Source of the DNA: an uncultured Candidatus Saccharibacteria bacterium
Lineage (GTDB): Bacteria > Patescibacteriota > Minisyncoccia > Phycocordibacterales > UBA9973
Assembly: GCA_964543175.1 (NCBI GenBank)
Contig: CAZIWS010000003.1
Location: 1-26,370, forward strand
Direction: 5' to 3'
Length of the DNA: 26,370 nucleotides
In this document: positions 14,769-23,021 of the stretch, piece after piece
Layout of the letters: every line of letters starts with the position of its first letter
How positions within the stretch are numbered: position 1 is the stretch's first letter
Notes under the pieces: generated by a model
The model's input: the letters and a program-made list of their open reading frames with translations, nothing else
Told to the model about the DNA's origin: nothing
Databases searched by the model: none
Made by a program: the position numbers and the translations under genes

Positions 14769-15281
14769 TTAAAAAAATTTTTGATGGTCTTTTATATCAC
14801 CCACAAAAAGAGGCACTAAATTACCCCCAGCAAAATTGGTGGCAATAAAATCACATCTTTCATTTAAAGCTATACCAGCATGACCTTTTACTTTTATCCA
14901 AACAATTTCATATTTTCTTTTTAAATCAAATTCTAATTTAAAAAGCTCTTCCCATAAATCTTTATTTAAAACTAATTCTTTTGAAGCTGTGCGCCAATTA
15001 TTTTTAATCCAAGAATAAATCCATAAAGTAATACCATTTAATAAATAGCCTGAATCAGTATAAATTAAAATTTTCTTAGCTAGTATTTTTCTTTCTTGAA
15101 TTAACCTTAGTGCTTTTATGGGAGCCATCATTTCCATTCGGTTATTAGTAGATTCTTTTTCTCTTCCTCCTAGTTCAAATACCTTACCTTGAGGAGCACA
15201 AACAACAGCTCCCCAGCCAGCAGGCCCTGGATTTCCTAAAGAACTTCCATCAGTATAAATTATAATTTCATCTTTTTTCAT
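14769..15281 (-). CDS. rnhA: Ribonuclease HI
   Basis: IYTDGSSLGNPGPAGWG, TNNRMEM, YTDSGY, LNKDLW, KVKGHAG, NERCD (D-E-D-D set present). Confidence 0.96.
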   Translation of the reverse strand: MKKDEIIIYTDGSSLGNPGPAGWGAVVCAPQGKVFELGGREKESTNNRMEMMAPIKALRLIQERKILAKKILIYTDSGYLLNGITLWIYSWIKNNWRTASKELVLNKDLWEELFKLEFDLKRKYEIVWIKVKGHAGIALNERCDFIATNFAGGNLVPLFVGDIKDHQKFF

Positions 15282-15290
15282 ATTAATTTA

Positions 15291-15299
15291 ATTATATCA
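15291..15299 (-). promoter_or_regulatory. Putative extended -10 promoter for rnhA
   Basis: TGA-TATAAT, 9 nt before the ATG at 15281. Confidence 0.5.
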
Positions 15300-15307
15300 T
15301 TTTTATT

Positions 15308-17023
15308 TTAAAGAATATCAACAATTCTTAATCTTAATTCTTGCTTGCCACCAAATCTAGAAAGTTCCATCGTGGCGAGTAAATTTACCTTTAAGCCTTC
15401 TTTGATTTTAGTTTCAAATGAATCAACATTCGCAAAAAAAGAAATAGCTTTTATTTTTATATTATTTAAATCACAAAAAATAATTTCTAAGTGTTCTTGA
15501 GAGTTATTTTTGCCAAATTTTCTAATTTTTTCAATGGTCACATTTTCAAAAAGAAATATTGGCTTAGGATTTCCAATACCAAAAGGACTTAATTTTTCTA
15601 TTTCTTGATAATTTTTTAAATTTACTTCTTTAAAAGAAATTGATAAATCAAAATTAATTGGCGAAACAATATCTTTTAAATTATTATTTAAAAAATGTTT
15701 TTTATAAGAATCTATTAATACATCTTGCAAAAGATGAATTTTTTCATGGAAAACACTAAAGCCTCCAGCCAATTCATGCCCACCAAAATCAATAAAACAT
15801 TCTTTATTTTTTGACATAATTTCAACTACTGAAATTTCTCCACTAGACCTACAGGAACCTTTAATTATATTATTTTCATCTTTACCCCAAACAAAAACAG
15901 TTTTTTTATATAAATCAGAAATTTTTCCAGCCACTAAACCCAAAATACCAATTCTCCATTTAGGATTTCCAATTACAATAATTTCTTCTATTTCTCTTTT
16001 TTCAAAAATCTTTTTAACTTCACGCATAATTCCAGCAACTAATAATTTTCGGTCATCATTAATTTTTGATAAATATTTAGATAATTCACTTGCACTAAAC
16101 AAATCCCGAGTAACTAAAAGTTCAAAAGCTTTTTTAGGATCAGCCATTCTAGAAGCAGCATTTAACCTAGGAGCAACCATAAAAGTTATATCATCTTCTG
16201 TTAAATATTTTTGTTCAATTTTCATTTGAGCTAAAAGTTTTACTAAGCCAAGACGACGGCTTTTTCTTAAAACCTTAATTCCAAAACTAGCTAAAGTTCT
16301 ATTTTCACCAGTTAAAGGAACTAAATCAGCTAAAGTTGCCAAGCCAACCATATCTAAAAGCCATTTTTCCCAACCATTATGAATTTTATAAAATTCAGCA
16401 TATTTTTTTAAAAAAGCTTGCATAAATTTAAAAACAACACCAGCGCCACAAAGCATTTTTTCAGGATAATTTATAGCATTTTTAGAAAAATTTTCTACTT
16501 TAGGATTTAAAATTGCATAAGCTTTAGGTAATCTAAGAGAAACAAGCCCTTCTTCGTCAACACTATGAAGGGGTAAGTGATGGTCAGTAATAATAACATC
16601 AATTAGATTTACTTCAGCTTGAGCTACTTCTTGAATAGCACTAATGCCTAAATCAACAGTTATTATTAACTTAACATCTTTTTGTTTAAATTCTTCTATA
16701 GCTGATAAGTTTAAACCATAGCCTTCAGAATTTCTCATGGGGATATAAACTTCGTAATTTTTAAAATTTATCTTTTGAAATAAATCATCAAAAATCACCG
16801 CTCCGGGTATTCCGTCAGAATCATAATCAGCATAAATAATAATTTTTTCTTGCGCTTCTATGGCATTAAAAAGACGCACGCAAGCTTTTTCCATATCAGG
16901 CAATAAAAAAGGATCGTGAAGATCTTTTTGATAATCAGGGTTTAAAAATTTTTCTATTTCTTTTTCTTCAGTAATTCCCCTCTTTAAAAGCAAAATTTTA
17001 ATAAATTCAGAAATTTTTACCAT
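15308..17023 (-). CDS. recJ: Single-stranded-DNA-specific exonuclease RecJ
   Basis: YADYDSDG, YIPMRNSEGYGL, ITDHH, GAGVVFK, LATLADLVPL, APRLNAASRM, KGSCRS, FGGHELAGG, PFGIGNPKP. Confidence 0.96.
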   Translation of the reverse strand: MVKISEFIKILLLKRGITEEKEIEKFLNPDYQKDLHDPFLLPDMEKACVRLFNAIEAQEKIIIYADYDSDGIPGAVIFDDLFQKINFKNYEVYIPMRNSEGYGLNLSAIEEFKQKDVKLIITVDLGISAIQEVAQAEVNLIDVIITDHHLPLHSVDEEGLVSLRLPKAYAILNPKVENFSKNAINYPEKMLCGAGVVFKFMQAFLKKYAEFYKIHNGWEKWLLDMVGLATLADLVPLTGENRTLASFGIKVLRKSRRLGLVKLLAQMKIEQKYLTEDDITFMVAPRLNAASRMADPKKAFELLVTRDLFSASELSKYLSKINDDRKLLVAGIMREVKKIFEKREIEEIIVIGNPKWRIGILGLVAGKISDLYKKTVFVWGKDENNIIKGSCRSSGEISVVEIMSKNKECFIDFGGHELAGGFSVFHEKIHLLQDVLIDSYKKHFLNNNLKDIVSPINFDLSISFKEVNLKNYQEIEKLSPFGIGNPKPIFLFENVTIEKIRKFGKNNSQEHLEIIFCDLNNIKIKAISFFANVDSFETKIKEGLKVNLLATMELSRFGGKQELRLRIVDIL

Positions 17024-17029
17024 TTAAAG

Positions 17030-17038
17030 AGTATAGCA
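17030..17038 (-). promoter_or_regulatory. Extended -10 promoter for recJ (leaderless)
   Basis: TGC-TATACT, 6 nt before the ATG at 17023. Confidence 0.65.
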
Positions 17039-17065
17039 CAACAACCGAACCCTAAAAACAAAAAC

Positions 17066-17093
17066 TTGCTTTTCTAAAAATTTCTTGTATTAT
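17066..17093 (+). promoter_or_regulatory. Putative sigma70 promoter for the 99-aa orphan
   Basis: TTGCTT (17066-17071), 16-nt spacer, TATTAT (17088-17093). Confidence 0.5.
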
Positions 17094-17145
17094 AAGAGCA
17101 GAAAAAGAACATGGTGTTCTTTATAAAACTTAAAAAAAAATTCCT

Positions 17146-17445
17146 ATGGCGACAAAAATTTTAGAAGGTGTCAATTTATCCAAAACAAAAAAAATAGCGT
17201 TTTGGGAAAGCATAATAAATAAAAAAGAAATTAAAATAGGCACCTTGATTTATTTTAAAGAAACTAAAGGTCCAATACTCTGCGACTCAGTAGAGGTATC
17301 TAAACAAAAAAAACATCATCTACAAAAACGGCCCTTTATTTCAGGAGTTTTCAAGGGTGAAGAAAATAATTTTAAAAAATTCCTTGGCCATGCATACAAC
17401 CATGGCAAGCTTTCAAAGGAAAAATACATATTTTACATGGAATAA
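17146..17445 (+). CDS. Small basic hypothetical protein (99 aa)
   Basis: Fills an otherwise empty intergenic gap, has a candidate promoter upstream and a clean terminator 6 nt after the stop; no family recognised. Confidence 0.7.
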   Translation: MATKILEGVNLSKTKKIAFWESIINKKEIKIGTLIYFKETKGPILCDSVEVSKQKKHHLQKRPFISGVFKGEENNFKKFLGHAYNHGKLSKEKYIFYME

Positions 17446-17451
17446 ATATCG

Positions 17452-17490
17452 AAAAGCGCCAAAGCATTACCTTGGCGCTTTTTTATTTTT
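17452..17490 (+). terminator. Intrinsic terminator
   Basis: 11-bp inverted repeat aaaagcgccaa (17452-17462) / ttggcgctttt (17472-17482), 9-nt loop, followed by a T-rich tract. Confidence 0.85.
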
Positions 17491-17501
17491 ATTTAATTTT
17501 T

Positions 17502-17507
17502 TATATT
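17502..17507 (+). promoter_or_regulatory. Putative -10 box for the HIT gene (leaderless)
   Basis: TATATT, 6 nt before the ATG at 17514, downstream of the terminator; weak evidence alone in AT-rich DNA. Confidence 0.4.
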
Positions 17508-17513
17508 TAAATT

Positions 17514-17906
17514 ATGGAAAATTGTATTTTTTGTAAAATATCAAAAAAAGAAATACCTTCAGATAAAATTTATGAAGATGATAAATTTTTTGTTTTTTTA
17601 GATATTCAACCAGTTTCTTTAGGTCATCTTTTAATTATTCCCAAAAAACATATCGTCTGGATGCAAGAAGCTGAAGATGAACTTATTTCAGAAATTTTTA
17701 AATTAACAAAAAAAATTATGTTAGCGATTAAAAAAAGCACTCAGTGTAGTTATGTTCAGGTTTCAGTTAATGGAGAAGAAGTTCCTCATTTTCATATTCA
17801 TTTATTTCCAAGATATTTAAATGATCAATTACCTCAATTCCCTAGAAAAAAATACCAAAAAGAAGAAATAACAGAATTAGTAAAAAAAATTACTTTAGAG
17901 CTTTAA
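17514..17906 (+). CDS. HIT-family nucleotide hydrolase
   Basis: NCIFCKI, IYEDD..VFLDIQPVSLGHLLIIPKKH, EVPHFHIHLFPR (HxHxH triad). Confidence 0.95.
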   Translation: MENCIFCKISKKEIPSDKIYEDDKFFVFLDIQPVSLGHLLIIPKKHIVWMQEAEDELISEIFKLTKKIMLAIKKSTQCSYVQVSVNGEEVPHFHIHLFPRYLNDQLPQFPRKKYQKEEITELVKKITLEL

Positions 17907-18948
17907 TCCCGGGAAGTGTTTTTTGAGTTAAAAAATCAAGAGTAGCTCCTCCGCCGGTTGAAATAAATAAATTTTTATTTATTTTTTCTTTTTTAGATTT
18001 AGAATAAATAGTCACAATGTCTCCTCCGCCAATAATAGTTTGGGTGTTGGAAAGATTGATTGTTTTAATAATTTCTTGACTAGCTTTTTCTCCCCCATTT
18101 TCATATTTACCTAAAGGGCCATTCCATAAAATAAATTTAGATTTTAAAATATAATTTTTAATTAATTGAGTAGATTCTTTACCAATATCAACAATGACAT
18201 CACTTTTTTTAACTTGAGTTATTTTTTTATTTATATATTTTTTATTGTCTAAAACTAAAAGATCTATTGGTAAAATTATTTTTTTATTATTTAAAATATT
18301 TTTTTCAATTTTAAAATCATCCACTAAAGACTTACCAATGGGATATCCTTTAGCTTTTAAAAAATTATTAAGCAAAGCGCCTCCAATAAAAATAAAATCA
18401 GCTATTTTTAAATATTTTTTTATTAAAGGCATTTTAGTTGAAAACTTTGCTCCTCCTAAAATAAAAAAGAAAGGGTGTTTTGAATTTTCAAAAACTTGAG
18501 TTAAATTTTTAATTTCTTTTTCTAATTGAAAGCCAGCATAGCTAGGTAAAAACTTAGGAATACCAACAACAGAAGCATGCTGGCGATGAGAAACAGAAAA
18601 AGCTTCATTTACATAAAAATCCGCTAAACTAGATAAATTTTGAGCAAATTTTATATCATTTTTTTCTTCTTGAGGATACTTTCTAATATTTTCAAGCAAA
18701 ATTAAATCTTTTTTAATATGTTTTTTAAGATAATTTACAATGGGCAACATACTATCTGTGCCATCTTTGCCTAAATGGGAAACTAAAATAATTTTAGCAC
18801 CTTTTTTTTGTAAAAAATCAATAGTAGGTAATGCTTTTTGAATTCTAAAATCATCTAAAATTTTTTTATTTTGAATGGGAACATTAAAATCAACTCGAAT
18901 TAAAACCTTTTTATTTTTTATATTTTTTAAATCTTTTATAGTTTTCAT
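17890..18948 (-). CDS. pgk: Phosphoglycerate kinase (compact, 352 aa)
   Basis: RVDFNVP, SHLGK, LLENIR, YVNEAFSVSHRQHAS, ILGGAKFSTK, WNGPLG, GGGD, STGGGATLDFL. Confidence 0.96.
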   Translation of the reverse strand: MKTIKDLKNIKNKKVLIRVDFNVPIQNKKILDDFRIQKALPTIDFLQKKGAKIILVSHLGKDGTDSMLPIVNYLKKHIKKDLILLENIRKYPQEEKNDIKFAQNLSSLADFYVNEAFSVSHRQHASVVGIPKFLPSYAGFQLEKEIKNLTQVFENSKHPFFFILGGAKFSTKMPLIKKYLKIADFIFIGGALLNNFLKAKGYPIGKSLVDDFKIEKNILNNKKIILPIDLLVLDNKKYINKKITQVKKSDVIVDIGKESTQLIKNYILKSKFILWNGPLGKYENGGEKASQEIIKTINLSNTQTIIGGGDIVTIYSKSKKEKINKNLFISTGGGATLDFLTQKTLPGIKALK

Positions 18949-19724
18949 TATTGCTCAATTGTTTTTATAATTTCTTTAAATTTATTTAAATCAATACTAT
19001 CTCGTCCAATTAAAAGGCCATCAGCTTCGCCTTCTGAAAGAAAATTTAAGGCATTTTTAGGATGAACTGACCCTCCATAAATTATTTTAATTTTACTAAC
19101 TGCTTCAAAACCAAATTTATCACTTAAAACTTTTTTAATAAAAACTTTTATTTCCCTAAATTCTTCTGCCTTGGCTTCACTGATAGCATTTTTGCCAATT
19201 GCCCAAATGGGCTCATAAGCAATAATAATTTTAATTAAATCTTTTTTAGTAATATTTTTTAAACAATTTTCAACTTGCTCTTTAATATAACTTAAATAAT
19301 TAAGATTTAAATCTCTTTCTTTTTCTCCTATACAAATTATAGGACTAAGGCCTGCCCTAAGAGCACTTTTAATTTTTTTATTTACTTCTTCATTTGTTTC
19401 TCCATTAAGTCTTCTTTCAGAATGTCCTAAAATAACATAACGAACACCTAAATCATAAAGCATCTCACCAGAAATTTCTCCAGTAAAAGGACCATTTTCT
19501 TGATAAAAAAGATTTTGGGCACCTAAGCTAGCTTTAAATAAATTACTTTTTTTAAAAGTGTGAAAATATTTTTTAAATTTAGCTAAATAAACAAAAGGGG
19601 GGCAAATTACTATTTGATTTTTTTTAACAGTTGAAATAATTTTAGAATTAGCTGAAAACAATTTTTCAGCTTCTTTTTGAGAAGTTGGGTTCATTTTCCA
19701 ATTAGCAATAATTATTTTTTTCAT
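18948..19724 (-). CDS. tpiA: Triosephosphate isomerase
   Basis: ANWKMN, GPFTGEIS, ILGHSERR, AYEPIWAIG, YGGSV; its stop overlaps the pgk start by 1 nt (TAATG). Confidence 0.97.
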   Translation of the reverse strand: MKKIIIANWKMNPTSQKEAEKLFSANSKIISTVKKNQIVICPPFVYLAKFKKYFHTFKKSNLFKASLGAQNLFYQENGPFTGEISGEMLYDLGVRYVILGHSERRLNGETNEEVNKKIKSALRAGLSPIICIGEKERDLNLNYLSYIKEQVENCLKNITKKDLIKIIIAYEPIWAIGKNAISEAKAEEFREIKVFIKKVLSDKFGFEAVSKIKIIYGGSVHPKNALNFLSEGEADGLLIGRDSIDLNKFKEIIKTIEQ

Positions 19725-19730
19725 TTAATA

Positions 19731-19739
19731 ATTATAACA
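19731..19739 (-). promoter_or_regulatory. Extended -10 promoter for tpiA-pgk (leaderless)
   Basis: TGT-TATAAT, 6 nt before the ATG at 19724. Confidence 0.7.
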
Positions 19740-19746
19740 CAATTTT

Positions 19747-21534
19747 TTAATCTATTTCTTTCCATTCATCTAGAAAATAAGAACCTGAGGGACCGCTGGT
19801 AAAATTAACATTGGCCAAACCAGATTCATAAGTAACACTAGTAGCACCACTTAAAGAAATTTTATAAGCATTAGCTTCTTTAGCGCTGGCACTACCAGTA
19901 AAGCCAATGGTTCCATTGGGAGCACTTAAAATTACCGAGCCGGCTGCCCCAGATATATCAATGGCATTACTACTACAAAAAGAAGCATCGCAATTACTAG
20001 TGGTAACAAATAAAATATAACTACCTGTTTGGCCACTACCATTTAATTGGCCACTTCCACTTAAGGCCAAACGTCCGTCTGAAACTAAAACACCACTAGT
20101 ATTACCATAACTTGAATGTAAAACAATTTTAGCTGAACCAGAAATATTTACATTACCAGTAACATAAACTGTTCCAGTTAAATATAGGGTATGGCTACCG
20201 CCAACATTTAAATCACCAGTTATTTTTTTAGGACCTAAGCTTGAAGAACTCCAACTGGGAGTTGTGTAATTACCTGAATAAATTCCACCAATTTCAGCTT
20301 CATTTTTCCAGCTATTTATATTAGCCAAAGAAATAGGGAAAGGTTCATAAAGAGGATCAGTTTGATTTAAACAACTTTTATTATTACCGGTACCATTTTG
20401 GCAATAAATATCATCAGTTGCATTAACATAATTAACAGTATGAGCTTGAGCACTACCAGAACCACCAGTACCAACTTTAAACTGATTCCATTGATTTGTA
20501 CCAGAAATAAGACCTGTAAAACCACCTATATAAATTTTAAAAAAATAATCTAAATTAGCTGAACCATTCCAAGATGAACCTAGGTGACCAATTTTCCCCA
20601 AACCATTACCATAAATATTTTGATTAGCTCCAATAATATAATATTTAGAACTAGAAGCGCTAGCATCAACCACCAACCAATAGGTTTCATTAATTAATAA
20701 AAGAGGTTCAGAAGAAAAAGAAACCTCAGTCCAACTATAATTATTACTTATTAAAGAAGAATTTAAAGTGCCACTAGCTATAACTGTTGTTCCTGGGTTT
20801 CCATTATTATTATTCATAATTTTTACAGTAGCATTACTAGGACTACCAATTTTTTTAAGATATAACTCAACTTTATTTAATGGCAAAGATTCATTTAAAA
20901 TAAAACTTTGAGCAATATCCTGAGTACTGTTATTATTAGCAAAACTTATATTTAAACTAGGATTATCATTGCCATTGCTTTGATTTGCATTTAAGGCAGG
21001 ACTATTAGCTGAAATTGCTGTGCCGGTAACATAACAAGAGCTAGTTCCGATAATTGGACCATTGGCATAAACGCTACCCACAATGCCAGAACTACCAGTT
21101 AAATTTAATCCTCCCTGTCCAACCTGAATACCATAATTAAAAGAAATACCAGTATCAGTATTTAAAAACATTTTAATTTTCCTTTGAAAGTTATCAATAT
21201 CACCCAGTGAAATAATTTCTTTAGCATTGCCACTTAAAGTATTAACCCAAGTGGTAACACTATTACCATTTAAAGACATATTTTCAATATCATTAATTGG
21301 TAAATTATTAACAACTCTATAAAAAGCATCTTCGCCTCCAGATTCAGCTAAAAAGAAAGCCTGAGTTGATTTTAAATTCATGCTAACATTTTTAAAATCT
21401 AAAACAGCCGGAGAAACTAGGCCAGCAATAATTGCCAAAGAAATAAAAAGAAAAAATACAACCGAAATAAGCATAGCGGCCCCTGATTGATTTTTTATTC
21501 TTTTCTGATATTTTTTTTTATTTAAATAATTCAT
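19747..21534 (-). CDS. Large PilX/PilK-like minor pilin with extracellular beta-rich domains
   Basis: Prepilin-like leader QSG|AAMLISVVFFL (no E5), QAFFLAESGGEDA, N/S/G-rich body, internal AQSF..VELYLKK.G.P..YWLV domain, C-terminal G.VYVTGN..VILSAPNG.I.F..EA.AYKI.L..A..V.YESGL unit. Confidence 0.8.
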   Translation of the reverse strand: MNYLNKKKYQKRIKNQSGAAMLISVVFFLFISLAIIAGLVSPAVLDFKNVSMNLKSTQAFFLAESGGEDAFYRVVNNLPINDIENMSLNGNSVTTWVNTLSGNAKEIISLGDIDNFQRKIKMFLNTDTGISFNYGIQVGQGGLNLTGSSGIVGSVYANGPIIGTSSCYVTGTAISANSPALNANQSNGNDNPSLNISFANNNSTQDIAQSFILNESLPLNKVELYLKKIGSPSNATVKIMNNNNGNPGTTVIASGTLNSSLISNNYSWTEVSFSSEPLLLINETYWLVVDASASSSKYYIIGANQNIYGNGLGKIGHLGSSWNGSANLDYFFKIYIGGFTGLISGTNQWNQFKVGTGGSGSAQAHTVNYVNATDDIYCQNGTGNNKSCLNQTDPLYEPFPISLANINSWKNEAEIGGIYSGNYTTPSWSSSSLGPKKITGDLNVGGSHTLYLTGTVYVTGNVNISGSAKIVLHSSYGNTSGVLVSDGRLALSGSGQLNGSGQTGSYILFVTTSNCDASFCSSNAIDISGAAGSVILSAPNGTIGFTGSASAKEANAYKISLSGATSVTYESGLANVNFTSGPSGSYFLDEWKEID

Positions 21535-21542
21535 TTATTTAA

Positions 21543-22058
21543 TTAATAACTTCCTCTTAAAATAACACTATTATAAAAATCTCTATCTCTATTCAAAACA
21601 TCAAAGCTTACTTGAACATTTAAACTAAACTTAAGGGCCTTTCCTTTTATGGTATTGATTCCAAAAAACGACAAATCATTAACCTTAAGATTGGCAGAAT
21701 TTAAATTACCAATTAAAACATTATTTTCAAAAAACTGAATATTATTATTATTTAAAAGAAATTTAACATAAATCTCACTATTAGCAGAATCAATTTTTTT
21801 AAGAATTAACTCATTTAAATTAAGAGACACTATGTCAGAAGACTGGCGAATTTCTCTAGAAATTTTCTCCATTAAATAGGAACCTTCTATTAATTCAGAT
21901 TGAATTCGATTTTCTTTAAAAGATTTCATCATTGAAACCATGGCATTTATTACTGCAATAGAAAGAATAGCAAAAAAAGAAATATATAAAAGGGTTTCTA
22001 AAATAGCATAACCATTTTTGTTTTTTAAATTATTTTTTTGTAAATTTTTATTTCTCAT
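21543..22058 (-). CDS. Type IV minor pilin (PilW/GspJ-like)
   Basis: KNG|YAILETLLYISFF class III signal peptide with E5; MEKISREIRQS. Confidence 0.8.
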   Translation of the reverse strand: MRNKNLQKNNLKNKNGYAILETLLYISFFAILSIAVINAMVSMMKSFKENRIQSELIEGSYLMEKISREIRQSSDIVSLNLNELILKKIDSANSEIYVKFLLNNNNIQFFENNVLIGNLNSANLKVNDLSFFGINTIKGKALKFSLNVQVSFDVLNRDRDFYNSVILRGSY

Positions 22059-22067
22059 AATATGAAA

Positions 22068-22550
22068 TTAAGAAAAAATATCCATTAAATAAAAAGATAA
22101 GTTCTTGGTAATATTTTTATTTCCCTCAAACCAGCTAACCGAAATATTAATTAACTTAGTTTTAGGGTCATTGTTGCCATTTGTAGAGATATCGCTTGTA
22201 TTAATATCTCTATTAACATTTTCAATATTAATTTTGCGAGTAAATTTTCCTATTTGGTTTAAACTATTTGTTAAAATCCAATTATTTTCTGAAAATATTA
22301 AATAATAATCTTCTCCTGGGTTTAAATTATTAATATTATTCCAGTCTAAGTCTCTCAAAATTCTAACCCCCTCGGCTCCTTCTTCTAATAAGAAATTAGC
22401 TTGAGCTGTGTGAACTGATTGATAAGAAAGAGCTACGGTTCGATGGGCCACAGCCATGGCACTTAAAACAGAAATAGTGATAATTGCCACTGCAATTAAA
22501 ACCTCTGCCATCATAAATCCTCTTTTTTTATTTTTAATCTTTTTTTTCAT
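22068..22550 (-). CDS. Type IV minor pilin (PilV/GspI-like)
   Basis: KRG|FMMAEVLIAVAII with E5; QANFLLEEGAEGVR; KLINISVSW. Confidence 0.85.
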   Translation of the reverse strand: MKKKIKNKKRGFMMAEVLIAVAIITISVLSAMAVAHRTVALSYQSVHTAQANFLLEEGAEGVRILRDLDWNNINNLNPGEDYYLIFSENNWILTNSLNQIGKFTRKINIENVNRDINTSDISTNGNNDPKTKLINISVSWFEGNKNITKNLSFYLMDIFS

Positions 22551-22551
22551 T

Positions 22552-23019
22552 TTAATTTAAATTAATTGCTCCAGTATTAGAAATAGAAATAGTTTTATTT
22601 AAACTTAAATCAGAAGAAATGGCCACTTCAATTATACCAAAAGTATTGGGATTTCCGTTTTGTTTATTAAAATAAATTTCTGAATTATTGTCATCTAAAG
22701 AAATATTAGAAATAATTGCTGGTGAAGTAAGTTCAAATTCCTGATTATTTAAATCATTACTAGAATAAGAAGTACCTTTAAAAAGAACAATTCTATCTTC
22801 TTCAAAAAATACTCCGTACTCTGATAAGTCTAAGGAAGCTAAAGTTTGTGCTTGGGCTTTTTTAAGATTTAAAAGTATTTGCTGGCTAGCATTTTTTAAA
22901 ACTTGTGTTTTTTTAATATTTGAAAAACCTGGAACAACTACGGCTAAAATAATACCCAAAATTGCTAAAACAATTGTTATTTCAATAATATTTATTCCTT
23001 TTTGTTTTTTGTTTTTCAT
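22552..23019 (-). CDS. Type IV minor pilin (FimT/GspH-like)
   Basis: QKG|INIIEITIVLAILGII with E5; LKKAQAQT; YGVFF; IYFNKQNG. Confidence 0.85.
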   Translation of the reverse strand: MKNKKQKGINIIEITIVLAILGIILAVVVPGFSNIKKTQVLKNASQQILLNLKKAQAQTLASLDLSEYGVFFEEDRIVLFKGTSYSSNDLNNQEFELTSPAIISNISLDDNNSEIYFNKQNGNPNTFGIIEVAISSDLSLNKTISISNTGAINLN

Positions 23020-23021
23020 TT

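Noticed and set aside
16520-16580. Extra residues HSVDEEGLVSLR after the RecJ DHH motif as another repeat insert
   Set aside because: Only faint similarity (GACGAAGAAGGG) to the element and no hairpin; cannot be supported without an alignment.
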